DNA of 64,000 bases from Minisyncoccota bacterium (GTDB lineage: Bacteria > Patescibacteriota > Minisyncoccia > Phycocordibacterales > Phycocordibacteraceae), in NCBI GenBank assembly GCA_028695415.1, contig JAQVIY010000001.1, forward strand, positions 46,784-110,783, read 5' to 3'. The position numbers and the translations under genes were made by a program. Below are positions 19,622-28,716 of this stretch, in pieces. How positions within the stretch are numbered: position 1 is the stretch's first letter; each line of letters opens with the position of its first letter. Under the pieces are notes generated by a model. The model saw nothing but the letters and a program-made list of their open reading frames with translations, had not been told where the DNA came from and did not search any database.

Positions 19622-20914
19622 ATGCTCGATATACATTTTATCCGCGAAAACGCCGATATTATAAAAGCCGGTGCTGCGAAAAAGCGCATCGCCGTTGATA
19701 TTGATGCGCTTATCAAAGTAGACGACGAGCGCAAGCTGATTCGCCAGGGGCTCGACGCGAAGAAAGCGGAGCAGAATCGCCGGAGCAACGAGATACAGCG
19801 TGCGACAGGTGAGGAACGCGAGAAACTTCTCGAAGCAATGCGTCATCTGAAAGACGGCATGACCGAAGAAGAGGAACGGTTGAAGGAGGTGATGACGGAA
19901 TGGCAACGGCTCATGCTCTCGGTGCCGAACATCCCCGATATGTCGGTGCCCGACGGCGAGAGCGACGCCGATAATGTCGAGGTGAAGGTGTGGCCTGTCC
20001 CGAGCGGAGCCGAGGGGGGCGAGCCGACGACATTTGATTTCACCCCAAAGGATCATATCGAGCTGATGACCGCGCTCGATATGGTCGACCTCGAACGGGG
20101 CACGAAGGTCGCAGGATTCCGCGGGTACTTCCTCAAGGGTGATGGTGTACTCCTCACGAACGCCATCTGGCAGCTCGCGCTCAAACATTTCTCGGAAAAA
20201 GGGATGACCCCGATGATCGTGCCGAGCCTCGTGCGTCGCGAGCCGTTTATGGGCACGGGCTATCTGCCGCAGGGTGAAGAGGACCTCTATAAGACGCAGG
20301 ATGGTGAGTATCTCGCCGGTACCGCTGAAGTCGCGACGATGGGCTACTATATGAATGAGACACTCGAGGCAGGCGCATTCCCGGTGAAATTTCTCTCGTT
20401 CTCGCCCTGCTTTCGTCGCGAGGCGGGCGCGCACGGCAAGGACGTGCGCGGGCTTATCCGCGTGCACGAGTTCTTCAAGTGGGAGCAGGTCGTGCTCTGC
20501 GAAGCGTCGCACGATGAGTCAGTGCGCATGCACGAATGGCTCAACAGAAACACCGAAGAATTCATCGAACTCTTGAAAATTCCGTATCACACGGTTGCAA
20601 ACTGCGGCGGCGATCTCGGGCTCGGGCAAGTAAAGAAATATGACATCGAGCTCTGGGTCCCCGGAGAGAAGAAGTACCGCGAGATAAGCTCCGCATCCTA
20701 CTTCCACGATTTCCAGACGCGCCGATTGAACATCCGCTATCGCGATGCAGAAGGGAATATGCGCTTCCCGCATTCGCTCAACTCGACCGCGATACCGACG
20801 CCGCGCATCCTCGTATCTATCGTTGAGAATTATCAGCAGGCAGACGGTTCGATAAAGGTGCCCGAAGCTTTGGTGCCGTATGTGGGGAAAAGCGTCATCA
20901 AGCGAGCGGGGTAG
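19622..20914 (+). CDS. serS: Seryl-tRNA synthetase
   Basis: N-terminal coiled coil; class II motifs FRRE, GLGQ; MLDIHFIREN start. Confidence 0.9.
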   Translation: MLDIHFIRENADIIKAGAAKKRIAVDIDALIKVDDERKLIRQGLDAKKAEQNRRSNEIQRATGEEREKLLEAMRHLKDGMTEEEERLKEVMTEWQRLMLSVPNIPDMSVPDGESDADNVEVKVWPVPSGAEGGEPTTFDFTPKDHIELMTALDMVDLERGTKVAGFRGYFLKGDGVLLTNAIWQLALKHFSEKGMTPMIVPSLVRREPFMGTGYLPQGEEDLYKTQDGEYLAGTAEVATMGYYMNETLEAGAFPVKFLSFSPCFRREAGAHGKDVRGLIRVHEFFKWEQVVLCEASHDESVRMHEWLNRNTEEFIELLKIPYHTVANCGGDLGLGQVKKYDIELWVPGEKKYREISSASYFHDFQTRRLNIRYRDAEGNMRFPHSLNSTAIPTPRILVSIVENYQQADGSIKVPEALVPYVGKSVIKRAG

Positions 20915-21707
20915 CGAGCGGCTCGCCGAGCGGCGGCGGCTGCGCCGCCGCCGTCTCGCTATCGCATCATTCATTTTCCTCCTCTTCCTGCTTGCGGCAG
21001 TCCTCTACGGCCTCTGGCAGAGCTCGGTGCGTATCAGCGAAGTGACGGTATATGGCGCCGACCAATCGTTCGCCGCATATGCGAAGGATGCAATGCAGGG
21101 AAGCTACTTTGGCATCATTCCCCGTGATTCAACTTTTCTCTTTTCCGAATCTGACATACGAAGCAGCATTCTCGCGGGGCATCCTGATATCGCCGCGGTC
21201 TCGATATTTCGGAAAGGGTTTACCGGGCTTTCTTTGAAAATAGATTATCGCGTTCCCATAGCGCGATGGTGCGGCCTTGCCCCTACGCCTGACGTTGCGG
21301 AGTATTGCTATATCTTTGATGCAAACGGCACCATCTTCTCCGTTGCTACGACGACGACAGAGACCCTCAATACATTCTCGTTATATGCGCCGCTTGAAGG
21401 AAGTGGGCTCGAGCCGCTCCATGCGAGCATCGCGCACGCGGGAGAGCTCCCCTCACTGTTTGATTTCGCGCGGCAGCTTGATACCTTTGGCTCGCCGGTC
21501 TCTCACGTCGTACTTCGTGATGACGAAGTGGATGACATTCTCGAGAGCGGGACACGCATCACCTATGTGCTCGGACACGAGCAGAGTGCCTTTGCCGCGC
21601 TCGTCTCAGCTCGAGACACGTTGAATCTTACAAATGCCTCTATCGAATATGTAGATCTGCGTTTTGACGGGAAGGTGTATGTAAAGCGGAAGGAGCAGAC
21701 CGAGTGA
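20880..21707 (+). CDS. ftsQ: Cell division protein FtsQ/DivIB-like (TM helix plus POTRA)
   Basis: Arg-rich N-terminus, single TM, POTRA-like region. Confidence 0.5.
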   Translation: MWGKASSSERGSERLAERRRLRRRRLAIASFIFLLFLLAAVLYGLWQSSVRISEVTVYGADQSFAAYAKDAMQGSYFGIIPRDSTFLFSESDIRSSILAGHPDIAAVSIFRKGFTGLSLKIDYRVPIARWCGLAPTPDVAEYCYIFDANGTIFSVATTTTETLNTFSLYAPLEGSGLEPLHASIAHAGELPSLFDFARQLDTFGSPVSHVVLRDDEVDDILESGTRITYVLGHEQSAFAALVSARDTLNLTNASIEYVDLRFDGKVYVKRKEQTE

Positions 21708-21711
21708 TATA

Positions 21712-22842
21712 ATGGACATTATGAAGTCGTTTTGGCAAGGCTTACCTAAGCCGTTTTTCGCGATGGCACCGATGAAGGATGTCACAGACGCGGCGTTTCG
21801 CGCGCTCGTCGCTCGACGAGGCGCGCCAGATGTGTACTGGACAGAGTTCGTTTCTGCTGATGGCCTCTACCACACACGCGAGATACAGAAGATGAAAGAC
21901 GAGGACCCTACGTCGCTCGGAAGCTATGAAGGGCACAGGAATCCGCTCATGCGCGATCTCGTGTATGGAGCCGATCAGCACCCCATTGTCGCACCACAAG
22001 GGCACTTCCATTTTCCTAACCCTGGGTACAGGGAAGGAAAATTGGTCGCACCACAAGGGCACTTCCATTTTCCTAGCCCTGGGTACAGGGAAGGAAAATT
22101 GGTCGCACAGATATTCTCGGACAAGCCGGAGATGATAGCGTATGCGGCGAAGCTCGTCGCCGAACTCGGTTTCGACGGCGTCGATATAAATATGGGCTGC
22201 CCTGACCGCTCGGTCGAGAAGCAGGGTGCCGGTGCCGCGCTTATCAAGAGTCCTGAAAAGGCGCGTGCGATTATTCGCGCCGCAAAAGCAGCGAGCAATC
22301 TACCGGTCTCGGTGAAGACGCGGGTAGGGTACAACAAAGAGACACTCGACGAGTGGCTTCCGGCGCTTCTTGAAGAAGCGCCGGCGGCTATCACGCTTCA
22401 TTTGCGCACGCGCAAGGAGCTCTCGCTCGTATCGGCTCATTGGGAGCTTATGAAGAGGGCGGTGGAGCTGCGCGATCAGATCGCGCCCGAGGTGCTCCTC
22501 ATCGGCAATGGCGACGTGACGAGCGTTGCGGAAGGGAAGCGGCTCGCAAAAGAGACGAGATGCGACGGCATTATGATTGGCCGCGGTATGTTCGGCAACC
22601 CGTGGGTTTTCGCGGGCCGCACGTCGGACGATACGCCGCTCGCAGAGAAGCTCGCGGCTCTGATTGAGCTCGCGCACGGCTTTGAGAATCTCTCTCCGCC
22701 AAAGAATTTCGCGATATTGAAAAAACACATCAAGGCGTTCGTGACCGGCTTTGATGGCGCGGCGCACTTCCGCGCGAAGCTGATGGAGGCGGAGAATGTC
22801 ACCGAGCTCGAGCAAATACTGAAAACATCTAGCTACGTATAA
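21712..22842 (+). CDS. dus: tRNA-dihydrouridine synthase (Dus family) containing an in-frame 2x20-aa tandem duplication
   Basis: APMKDVTDAAFR; DINMGCP; duplicated APQGHFHFP(N/S)PGYREGKLV inserted in the HPI..QIFSDKPE loop. Confidence 0.85.
   Translation: MDIMKSFWQGLPKPFFAMAPMKDVTDAAFRALVARRGAPDVYWTEFVSADGLYHTREIQKMKDEDPTSLGSYEGHRNPLMRDLVYGADQHPIVAPQGHFHFPNPGYREGKLVAPQGHFHFPSPGYREGKLVAQIFSDKPEMIAYAAKLVAELGFDGVDINMGCPDRSVEKQGAGAALIKSPEKARAIIRAAKAASNLPVSVKTRVGYNKETLDEWLPALLEEAPAAITLHLRTRKELSLVSAHWELMKRAVELRDQIAPEVLLIGNGDVTSVAEGKRLAKETRCDGIMIGRGMFGNPWVFAGRTSDDTPLAEKLAALIELAHGFENLSPPKNFAILKKHIKAFVTGFDGAAHFRAKLMEAENVTELEQILKTSSYV
21989..22108 (+). repeat. Tandem 60-bp duplication (2 copies, 1 mismatch) inside dus
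   Basis: gcaccacaagggcacttccattttccta(a/g)ccctgggtacagggaaggaaaattggtc repeated twice. Confidence 0.8.
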
Positions 22843-22876
22843 AAAAGCAACCGCCCGAGTACAACCGGGCGGTTTT
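22609..22876 (+). repeat. Direct repeat copy 1: dus 3' end plus terminator (~268 bp), about 90% identical to 23555..23822
   Basis: Visible alignment of both copies, including the ccgcccg..ccgggcggtttt terminator hairpin. Confidence 0.8.
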
Positions 22877-22887
22877 CAAGAAGCGGC

Positions 22888-23451
22888 TTAGCGGATGAGA
22901 ATGATCGCGGTTATCACGACATTCAGCAGTCCGGCACCGACGGCGACAAAGATATTCGCGAAATCACGTTTCTCTGCGCCGAGCACCACGAAGAGGCAAG
23001 AGACGATTGTCAGAAGCCACAGCCAGAGCGTGCCCGGCTGGGGCTCGGACCAGTAGTCCTTCATAAGCGGCACGAACGAGATCCACATCGCCGTCATGTA
23101 GGCCCACTGCGCCCGAAGTGCATCGAGCGTAATCCAGAGTACGATTGCAACGACCACCAGGGCGGTGGACGAATATTCCGTCCATCTCCAGACTGATGGT
23201 TGGTCGCTTGTGGCGACGACGACGAAGATCAGGAATGCAGCCATCGCCCATCCGATCTGCAGGTACGGCTTTTTGTTGCCACCGCGCCATGCGAGAACGA
23301 GCCCCAGCAGGTCAAGGACAAACACCATCATCCACGTCGCGACATTTTGCTTGACGTTCGTCGTGTACAGCATCCACGCATAGTACGTGGGAATCGCGAA
23401 GCCCATGAGGCCGCCGATCAGTATTGCTTGGGACTTTAGAACTCGTTCCAC
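22888..23451 (-). CDS. Integral membrane protein (about 6 TM), GTG start. Cargo of the dus 3'-end insertion
   Basis: Hydrophobic profile; RBS gaggag 6 nt upstream; promoter TTGACA-17-TACGAT within the palindrome at 23520..23535. Confidence 0.5.
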   Translation of the reverse strand: MERVLKSQAILIGGLMGFAIPTYYAWMLYTTNVKQNVATWMMVFVLDLLGLVLAWRGGNKKPYLQIGWAMAAFLIFVVVATSDQPSVWRWTEYSSTALVVVAIVLWITLDALRAQWAYMTAMWISFVPLMKDYWSEPQPGTLWLWLLTIVSCLFVVLGAEKRDFANIFVAVGAGLLNVVITAIILIR

Positions 23452-23554
23452 GAGTGTCTCCTCAAGAGGTTGAAAGGACAGAGCTACCTACTAGCTTGCG
23501 GTGAATCGTACACCATATGACTTGACATGTCAAGTTCCTGTCTACCGCCTGCTA

Positions 23555-23822
23555 TTCGCGGGTCGTACGAGCGAAGACACGCAGCTCGCAGAGAAGCTCG
23601 CGGCTCTGATTGAGCTCGCGCACGGCTTTGAGAATCTCTCTCCGCCAAAGAATTTCGCGATATTGAAAAAACACATCAAGGCGTTCGTGACCGGCTTCGA
23701 CGGCGCAGCGCACTTGCGCGCGAAGTTGATGGAGGCCGAGAACGCGAGCGAGCTTGAGCAGGCGCTTAAAGTTTCCGGTCATATATAAAAAACGACCGCC
23801 CGTTTAGAACCGGGCGGTTTTA
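23555..23822 (+). pseudogene. Duplicated dus 3' fragment (pseudo-ORF 23501..23788) plus duplicated terminator; direct repeat copy 2
   Basis: Translation FAGRTSEDTQLAEKLAALIELAHGFENLSPPKNFAILKKHIKAFVTGFDGAAHLRAKLMEAEN matches the Dus C-terminus. Confidence 0.75.
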
Positions 23823-23841
23823 GATTACTGACTAACGACGG

Positions 23842-24276
23842 TCAGCCGGCGAGGAGAAAGACCGAAAGGATTGTGGTCCCCAGTCCCACCCACTGCTTGG
23901 CGGAAAGAGTCTCTCCGCTCACTAGATAGTTGAACAAGGGCGAGACGACCACCATCATGATGATGACCGTCATGATGAACTGTCCAGTCGGCACCTGCGG
24001 GTCGGCAGCCTTCATCGAATAGTAGTAGACGGCTGCTCCATTGATTGCACCCGCGGCAAGCAGGATCAAACAGGCATACAGGGTTGGTATGGGTTGGACC
24101 CGTATCGAGGTGTACGCGAACGCGATGCCTCCGATCGCTGAGCCAATGATGACGATGGTGTTGACCCATGCCCCGGTCGCTTGGGAGTATTTCCCGACAA
24201 TCGGCCACATGACAAATGCGGTGCCGATACCGAGCGCCCACAGAATGTGGGACAGATTGAGAGCTGGTGTGTTCAT
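23842..24276 (-). CDS. EamA/DMT-like small membrane transporter (4 TM)
   Basis: Four hydrophobic helices, 144 aa. Confidence 0.5.
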   Translation of the reverse strand: MNTPALNLSHILWALGIGTAFVMWPIVGKYSQATGAWVNTIVIIGSAIGGIAFAYTSIRVQPIPTLYACLILLAAGAINGAAVYYYSMKAADPQVPTGQFIMTVIIMMVVVSPLFNYLVSGETLSAKQWVGLGTTILSVFLLAG

Positions 24277-24405
24277 GTGAACCTCCGTGGTGTCGAAGAA
24301 TCGAAGAAAGAATCTGGCGTACAGAATTACACATTAGTTTTGATTTGTCAAATCCTTCGTTTTCACTCGCTATCCGCGATCGCTTGCACCTTGTATACTT
24401 CCCGT

Positions 24406-25434
24406 ATGGCGCACCAGTCTCTCTATCGGACGTATCGTCCAGCAACCTTCGCAGAGGTCGTGGGGCAGGAGCAGGTGACGAAGCCGCTTGAAGAAGCGGT
24501 GAGGTCGAAGAACATCGGACATGCCTACCTCTTCTCGGGCAGCCGCGGGTTGGGGAAGACTTCTGTCGCGCGCATCTTCGCAGACGCGATCGGCTGTACC
24601 GGGAACGATCTCTACGAGATAGACGCGGCGAGTAACAACAGTGTCGAGGATATTCGCACGCTTACCGAGGGCGTCTACACGCTTCCGTTCAACTCGCCTT
24701 ATAAGGTCTACATTCTCGACGAGGTGCATATGCTCTCGAAGGGCGCGTGGAACGCGTTCTTGAAGACGCTTGAGGAACCGCCGGCACACGCGGTGTTCAT
24801 CTTGGCGACGACTGAACTCGAGAAAGTGCCGGAGACGGTGCAGTCGCGTTGCCAAGTTTTTGAATTCAAGAAGCCGACGCGAGCCGTGCTCGCTAGAATG
24901 GTCGCGGCAGTGGCAAAGAAGGAAGGATACACACTCGCGCCCGACGCCGCCGAGCTTATTGCGCTCCTTGCTGACGGTTCATATCGCGACGCGCTCTCGG
25001 TGTTGCAAAAGGTCATCGCAGGTACGACCGATAAAAAACTAGAACGGAAGGAGGTAGAAGCGACAACTGGCGCACCGAAGCGCGAGTTGGTGCATGCGCT
25101 TATAAGCGCGCTCGCCAAGGGCGAGCGCGGGGGCGCACTCACCGCGATAGAGAAGGCGGCAAAGGCAGATGTCGATATGCGACTCTTCTTGGAGCTCGTT
25201 CTTGAAGCGCTCCGCGCAACACTTCTCATCCGTTACGCACCAGACCTCCGTACCTCGCTTACCGAAGAGCTCGGCGCAGACGAATTCGCCGCGCTCGAGG
25301 CATTCGCGAAAGAGAAGGGCATTACGCATGCGACCATGCTCGCATTCCTTACCGCCGCCGATCGTATCCGCTACGCACCGATTCCTGCGCTGCCACTCGA
25401 ATTAGCGGTTTTGGAGTTGTTCCCCGAAGCATAA
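24406..25434 (+). CDS. dnaX: DNA polymerase III subunit gamma/tau (short form)
   Basis: YRPATFAEVVGQE; P-loop GSRGLGKTS; DEVHML; SRCQ. Confidence 0.85.
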   Translation: MAHQSLYRTYRPATFAEVVGQEQVTKPLEEAVRSKNIGHAYLFSGSRGLGKTSVARIFADAIGCTGNDLYEIDAASNNSVEDIRTLTEGVYTLPFNSPYKVYILDEVHMLSKGAWNAFLKTLEEPPAHAVFILATTELEKVPETVQSRCQVFEFKKPTRAVLARMVAAVAKKEGYTLAPDAAELIALLADGSYRDALSVLQKVIAGTTDKKLERKEVEATTGAPKRELVHALISALAKGERGGALTAIEKAAKADVDMRLFLELVLEALRATLLIRYAPDLRTSLTEELGADEFAALEAFAKEKGITHATMLAFLTAADRIRYAPIPALPLELAVLELFPEA

Positions 25435-25547
25435 GTTACCCAGACCTATTCCCTGGCAACATAACACCATGAGAATATGCACACGCATCAAATTTAGAAG
25501 AGGTGTTGCACTGCTATACTGTACGTGGTAGTAATCAATTAACATTT

Positions 25548-25811
25548 ATGTCTGCTGAAGATACCCAAAAAGCCATACGTTCTGCATATGAGTACCTTGT
25601 AGGCGCCCTTGTGGCGACTGGCGTTAAGCCTGAGAACACGTCAAACTTTAGAGTCGAGGAGGCTGAAATGAACGATAAGGGGAACTTTAGAATAACTTTG
25701 AGCTATGAGGTGGTTGGGCAATTTGCCTTTGAAAGAGAGAAGGAATTGAAGGATTTTGAGATACAGCCAGACGGTAAGGTGCTTTGGATGAAAATCCGTC
25801 CTAAGGCATAG
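25548..25811 (+). CDS. Small hypothetical protein (possible partner/antitoxin of the downstream PIN protein)
   Basis: AT-rich islet; 4-nt gap to the next gene. Confidence 0.35.
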   Translation: MSAEDTQKAIRSAYEYLVGALVATGVKPENTSNFRVEEAEMNDKGNFRITLSYEVVGQFAFEREKELKDFEIQPDGKVLWMKIRPKA

Positions 25812-25814
25812 TTT

Positions 25815-26342
25815 GTGTATTCGTATCGCGAGATACAGGACTTTTGTCGTAAATATACAGGCAAAAGACCGTTAATTATAGACGCGAACCTACTGGTCTT
25901 ATTTATAGTAGGGAGCTGTGATCCGGACTATATCATCCATTGTAATAAAACAAGAACCTATTCAAAAGAAGACTTTGAACTGCTTTTGAAAATAATAAAG
26001 TGCTTCAAGCCTGAAATCGTTGTAACCCCACACGTTCTTGCCGAAGTATCAAACCTGTACAAAGGAATGCCTGGGCACAAACACGACCTTTATTTCCGCA
26101 GGTTTATAGAAAGACTTCGGGGGTACCAAGAGGAGCATATAAGTCTACAAAGCATCATCGATTTTGACCTTAAGGTTGTCGTCCGTCTCGGAATACCCGA
26201 TGTGGCAGTAGTAGAGGCTGGTCGTTTACAAAATGCCGTGATAATAAGCGCTGATTTTGGATTAGTAGACTTCGCTTTAAGAAAAGGCATTCCTGCAATT
26301 CACTTTACGAGTGTTAGACTAGGAGGAGCACTCCCAAACTAA
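25815..26342 (+). CDS. PIN-domain protein (VapC-like ribonuclease fold)
   Basis: Four acidic PIN positions: LIIDANLL, HVLAEVSNL, GIPDVAVVE, IISADFGL. Confidence 0.55.
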   Translation: MYSYREIQDFCRKYTGKRPLIIDANLLVLFIVGSCDPDYIIHCNKTRTYSKEDFELLLKIIKCFKPEIVVTPHVLAEVSNLYKGMPGHKHDLYFRRFIERLRGYQEEHISLQSIIDFDLKVVVRLGIPDVAVVEAGRLQNAVIISADFGLVDFALRKGIPAIHFTSVRLGGALPN

Positions 26343-26449
26343 AAATGAACAAAGCCGACTTCCTCTCTTCGCTCGAGAGGTGAAGGTCGGATCAAGCACG
26401 ACTCTCAACAGGAGAATCAACGGATGGGTTTGTGGTATTGTTGCCGCAT

Positions 26450-26522
26450 TGGGGGGTGGTGTAACTGGTAACACGTCTGCCTTTGGAGCAGAAGACTCTA
26501 GGATCGTTCCCTAGCCCCCCAG
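26450..26522 (+). tRNA. tRNA-Gln (anticodon UUG), U1:A72, G73
   Basis: TGGGGGG TG GTGT AACTGGTA ACAC G TCTGC CTTTGGA GCAGA AGACT CTAGG ATCGTTC CCTAG CCCCCCA G. T-loop atypical. Confidence 0.6.
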
Positions 26523-26623
26523 CAACTGAGCGAGAGCGAAGGCGTACTGAGGCGAGCACGCCGAAGTACAGAGCGAAGTGCATGTCGAAGGGTCAACTTC
26601 CGCCATAGGAGGCGATAAGTGGA

Positions 26624-27346
26624 TTAAGGTTCCGAAAGGACACAGCCTGAATAGGTAGTAGCGGAACCTTCAGTGATGAAGGCGGTGTCGCCCTTGTTCC
26701 AGAAGACGAATGATTCGTCGGGGGTGGCGTAGCGCGCGCCGGAGCCTGAGAGGGCGCGCGGGACAGAGAGCGCGCGGCCGTCGCTGAGTTTCAAATCCAC
26801 CTGGCGATCGTCGCCGATGTAGAAAGTGGCGGTGACGCTCTTGTTATTCTCACAGGCGAAGGTCGCAACCTTGGGGATGATCTGCGAGAAGAGCGAGAGG
26901 GTTACATTGCAGGGACACTCGGAGGGAGCATTCTTTGGTACGACGGTGTAGTCGATTTTGAAGCGCGTGAGAATAATCGAGTTGCCCTTGCGGTATCCTG
27001 TTTGCCCGCCAACGTGACCGCCTGCGGCAAGCTCGTTCGCCACCTGCCAACCGAGCCCTTTCAATTTCTGATCGTAATATTGCTCGAAGGGCGTGAAGAT
27101 GTTCCCCGGGTCCATCGTGGTGCCGATCGTGTCGGACGTGATGCTCACACCGGCATAGGTCGTCGTGCCGATGACGAAGCTTTCGGGCGCGGACGCGCCC
27201 CAGGCGATCTGGTCGTAGAGCGGATACAGGTCTTGCGCTATCCTTGGCGATTGCGGTGCGAGTGCCGGGCGCGCCCCGGGAAGCATGTACCAAATACCGG
27301 CCGCGATTGCGATAGCGACGAACGCGAAGATGGTGGTGTTTTTCAT
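26624..27346 (-). CDS. Secreted protein with C-terminal MliC-like (lysozyme inhibitor) domain
   Basis: N-terminal signal anchor; C-terminus FACE...SDGRALSVPRALSGSGARYATPDESFVFWNKGD resembles the MliC signature. Confidence 0.45.
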   Translation of the reverse strand: MKNTTIFAFVAIAIAAGIWYMLPGARPALAPQSPRIAQDLYPLYDQIAWGASAPESFVIGTTTYAGVSITSDTIGTTMDPGNIFTPFEQYYDQKLKGLGWQVANELAAGGHVGGQTGYRKGNSIILTRFKIDYTVVPKNAPSECPCNVTLSLFSQIIPKVATFACENNKSVTATFYIGDDRQVDLKLSDGRALSVPRALSGSGARYATPDESFVFWNKGDTAFITEGSATTYSGCVLSEP

Positions 27347-27550
27347 ACAGACTAAGTGTACCGCCTATTGTGGAGGCAAAGATGGGCCGGAGTATACTGA
27401 AGGGGATGAAATGGGGAGTACTGATCTTCGTGATTTTGGCCGCTTTCAGCGGTTGGTATTGGCGGGCAAGACAGACGCCATCGGTTGGAGTCCTCGACGG
27501 GGGGTCAGTTTGAGATAGGCTTGGCGCCCGAGGAGTATTAGAATGAACAT

Positions 27551-27841
27551 ATGGATCAACTAGAACAATTGAGAAAAGAGGTTGAAGCTATTCGCACACG
27601 AAACTCGCGGGTCGAGGCTGATAAGGCTTGGGAGGTTAGCGCATTTCGCAAGATTCTTATCTTGCTCACTACGTACGTACTCGCTTCGCTCACGATGTAT
27701 GCAATGGGAGTACCAAATTTTTACCTCAGTTCGCTAATCCCGGCGTTGGGATTTTTCCTCTCAACACTGACATTTCCGGCGGTGAAGAAATGGTGGATTC
27801 GAAGATTCCTAATGAACCCAGGAGTGAGTGACGATATATGA
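27551..27841 (+). CDS. Small membrane protein (2 TM)
   Basis: 96-aa ORF, two hydrophobic helices. Confidence 0.4.
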   Translation: MDQLEQLRKEVEAIRTRNSRVEADKAWEVSAFRKILILLTTYVLASLTMYAMGVPNFYLSSLIPALGFFLSTLTFPAVKKWWIRRFLMNPGVSDDI

Positions 27842-28290
27842 ACGAAATAACGCTTCACAAACAATGGGTCGTTAAGGCCCCTCTGGAGGATGTGTTCAGG
27901 GTAATGACCGACTTCGAGAAATTTCCGGAGCATTTCCCCAAGGTCGCCGAAGCGATACGAGTCAACAAGCGAGAAGGGAACTATCTGGAGATGAAAGCGA
28001 CCGTGCGCTCCTTCGGCAGGAGCTTCCGGGTGAAGATGAATACTCGCATTCTCCCGGGCAAAGGATTCATCTCGGACAACGACAGTTATCAGTTCGGGAC
28101 TTCGGGACACGAGGAGCTCCTGCTCTCTCCGCACGCTGAAGGGACGCTCGTTGACTACACTTACCGCGTCACCATTCATAAGAAGTGGCTACGCATAATC
28201 GCTGTGCCGCTCCTGCGCTGGTATTCGATGAAATACTGGGAAGTGGCAGTCATTGACGAGCTCAAAAAGCTTCTCGAAGGGAAAGGGTAA
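27838..28290 (+). CDS. SRPBCC (START/Bet v1-like) family protein
   Basis: 150-aa ORF, 4-nt overlap with the upstream gene. Confidence 0.5.
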   Translation: MNEITLHKQWVVKAPLEDVFRVMTDFEKFPEHFPKVAEAIRVNKREGNYLEMKATVRSFGRSFRVKMNTRILPGKGFISDNDSYQFGTSGHEELLLSPHAEGTLVDYTYRVTIHKKWLRIIAVPLLRWYSMKYWEVAVIDELKKLLEGKG

Positions 28291-28314
28291 GTTCCAAGGG
28301 TGTAAAATGATGGA

Positions 28315-28716
28315 ATGAAGACGTCTGAACAGTATCGCTCATATCGGAAGCCGTCGTGGGCTCCCCCGGCGCGGCTCTTTGGCCCGGTGTGGATACTCCT
28401 GTACGCAATCATCGCCGTATCGTTCGGCTATGTGGGCTACCTGTGGTTCCATGCCGTCGTTCCCACTCTGGTCGCCCTCCCGTTTGCCCTCAACCTAATC
28501 TTCAATCTCCTCTTCACCACCTTCCAATTCAAGTGGCGCAACTTCATCCTCGCGGCACTCGACATGGTCCTCGTCTGGCTCACGCTCGCGTGGGCGCTGT
28601 GGGTCATACTGCCGTTCGCTCCTTGGGTGGCGTACAGTAATCTGCCGTATCTCGCATGGGTGACCTTCGCGACGGTGCTCCAGCTCACGGTCACCGCGAT
28701 GAACCGAACATGCTAG
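28315..28716 (+). CDS. tspO: TspO/MBR family protein, short (lacks the usual first TM)
   Basis: YRSYRKPSWAPP...FGPVWILLY signature. Confidence 0.6.
   Translation: MKTSEQYRSYRKPSWAPPARLFGPVWILLYAIIAVSFGYVGYLWFHAVVPTLVALPFALNLIFNLLFTTFQFKWRNFILAALDMVLVWLTLAWALWVILPFAPWVAYSNLPYLAWVTFATVLQLTVTAMNRTC

Noticed and set aside
18707-20512. 601-aa minus-strand ORF
   Set aside because: Antisense to serS and the 18854..19540 gene. Composition is Arg/His-rich and typical of spurious ORFs in GC-rich DNA, while the plus-strand frames have clear homology (SerS) and RBS sites.
26392-26583. 63-aa minus-strand ORF
   Set aside because: It lies on top of tRNA-Gln.
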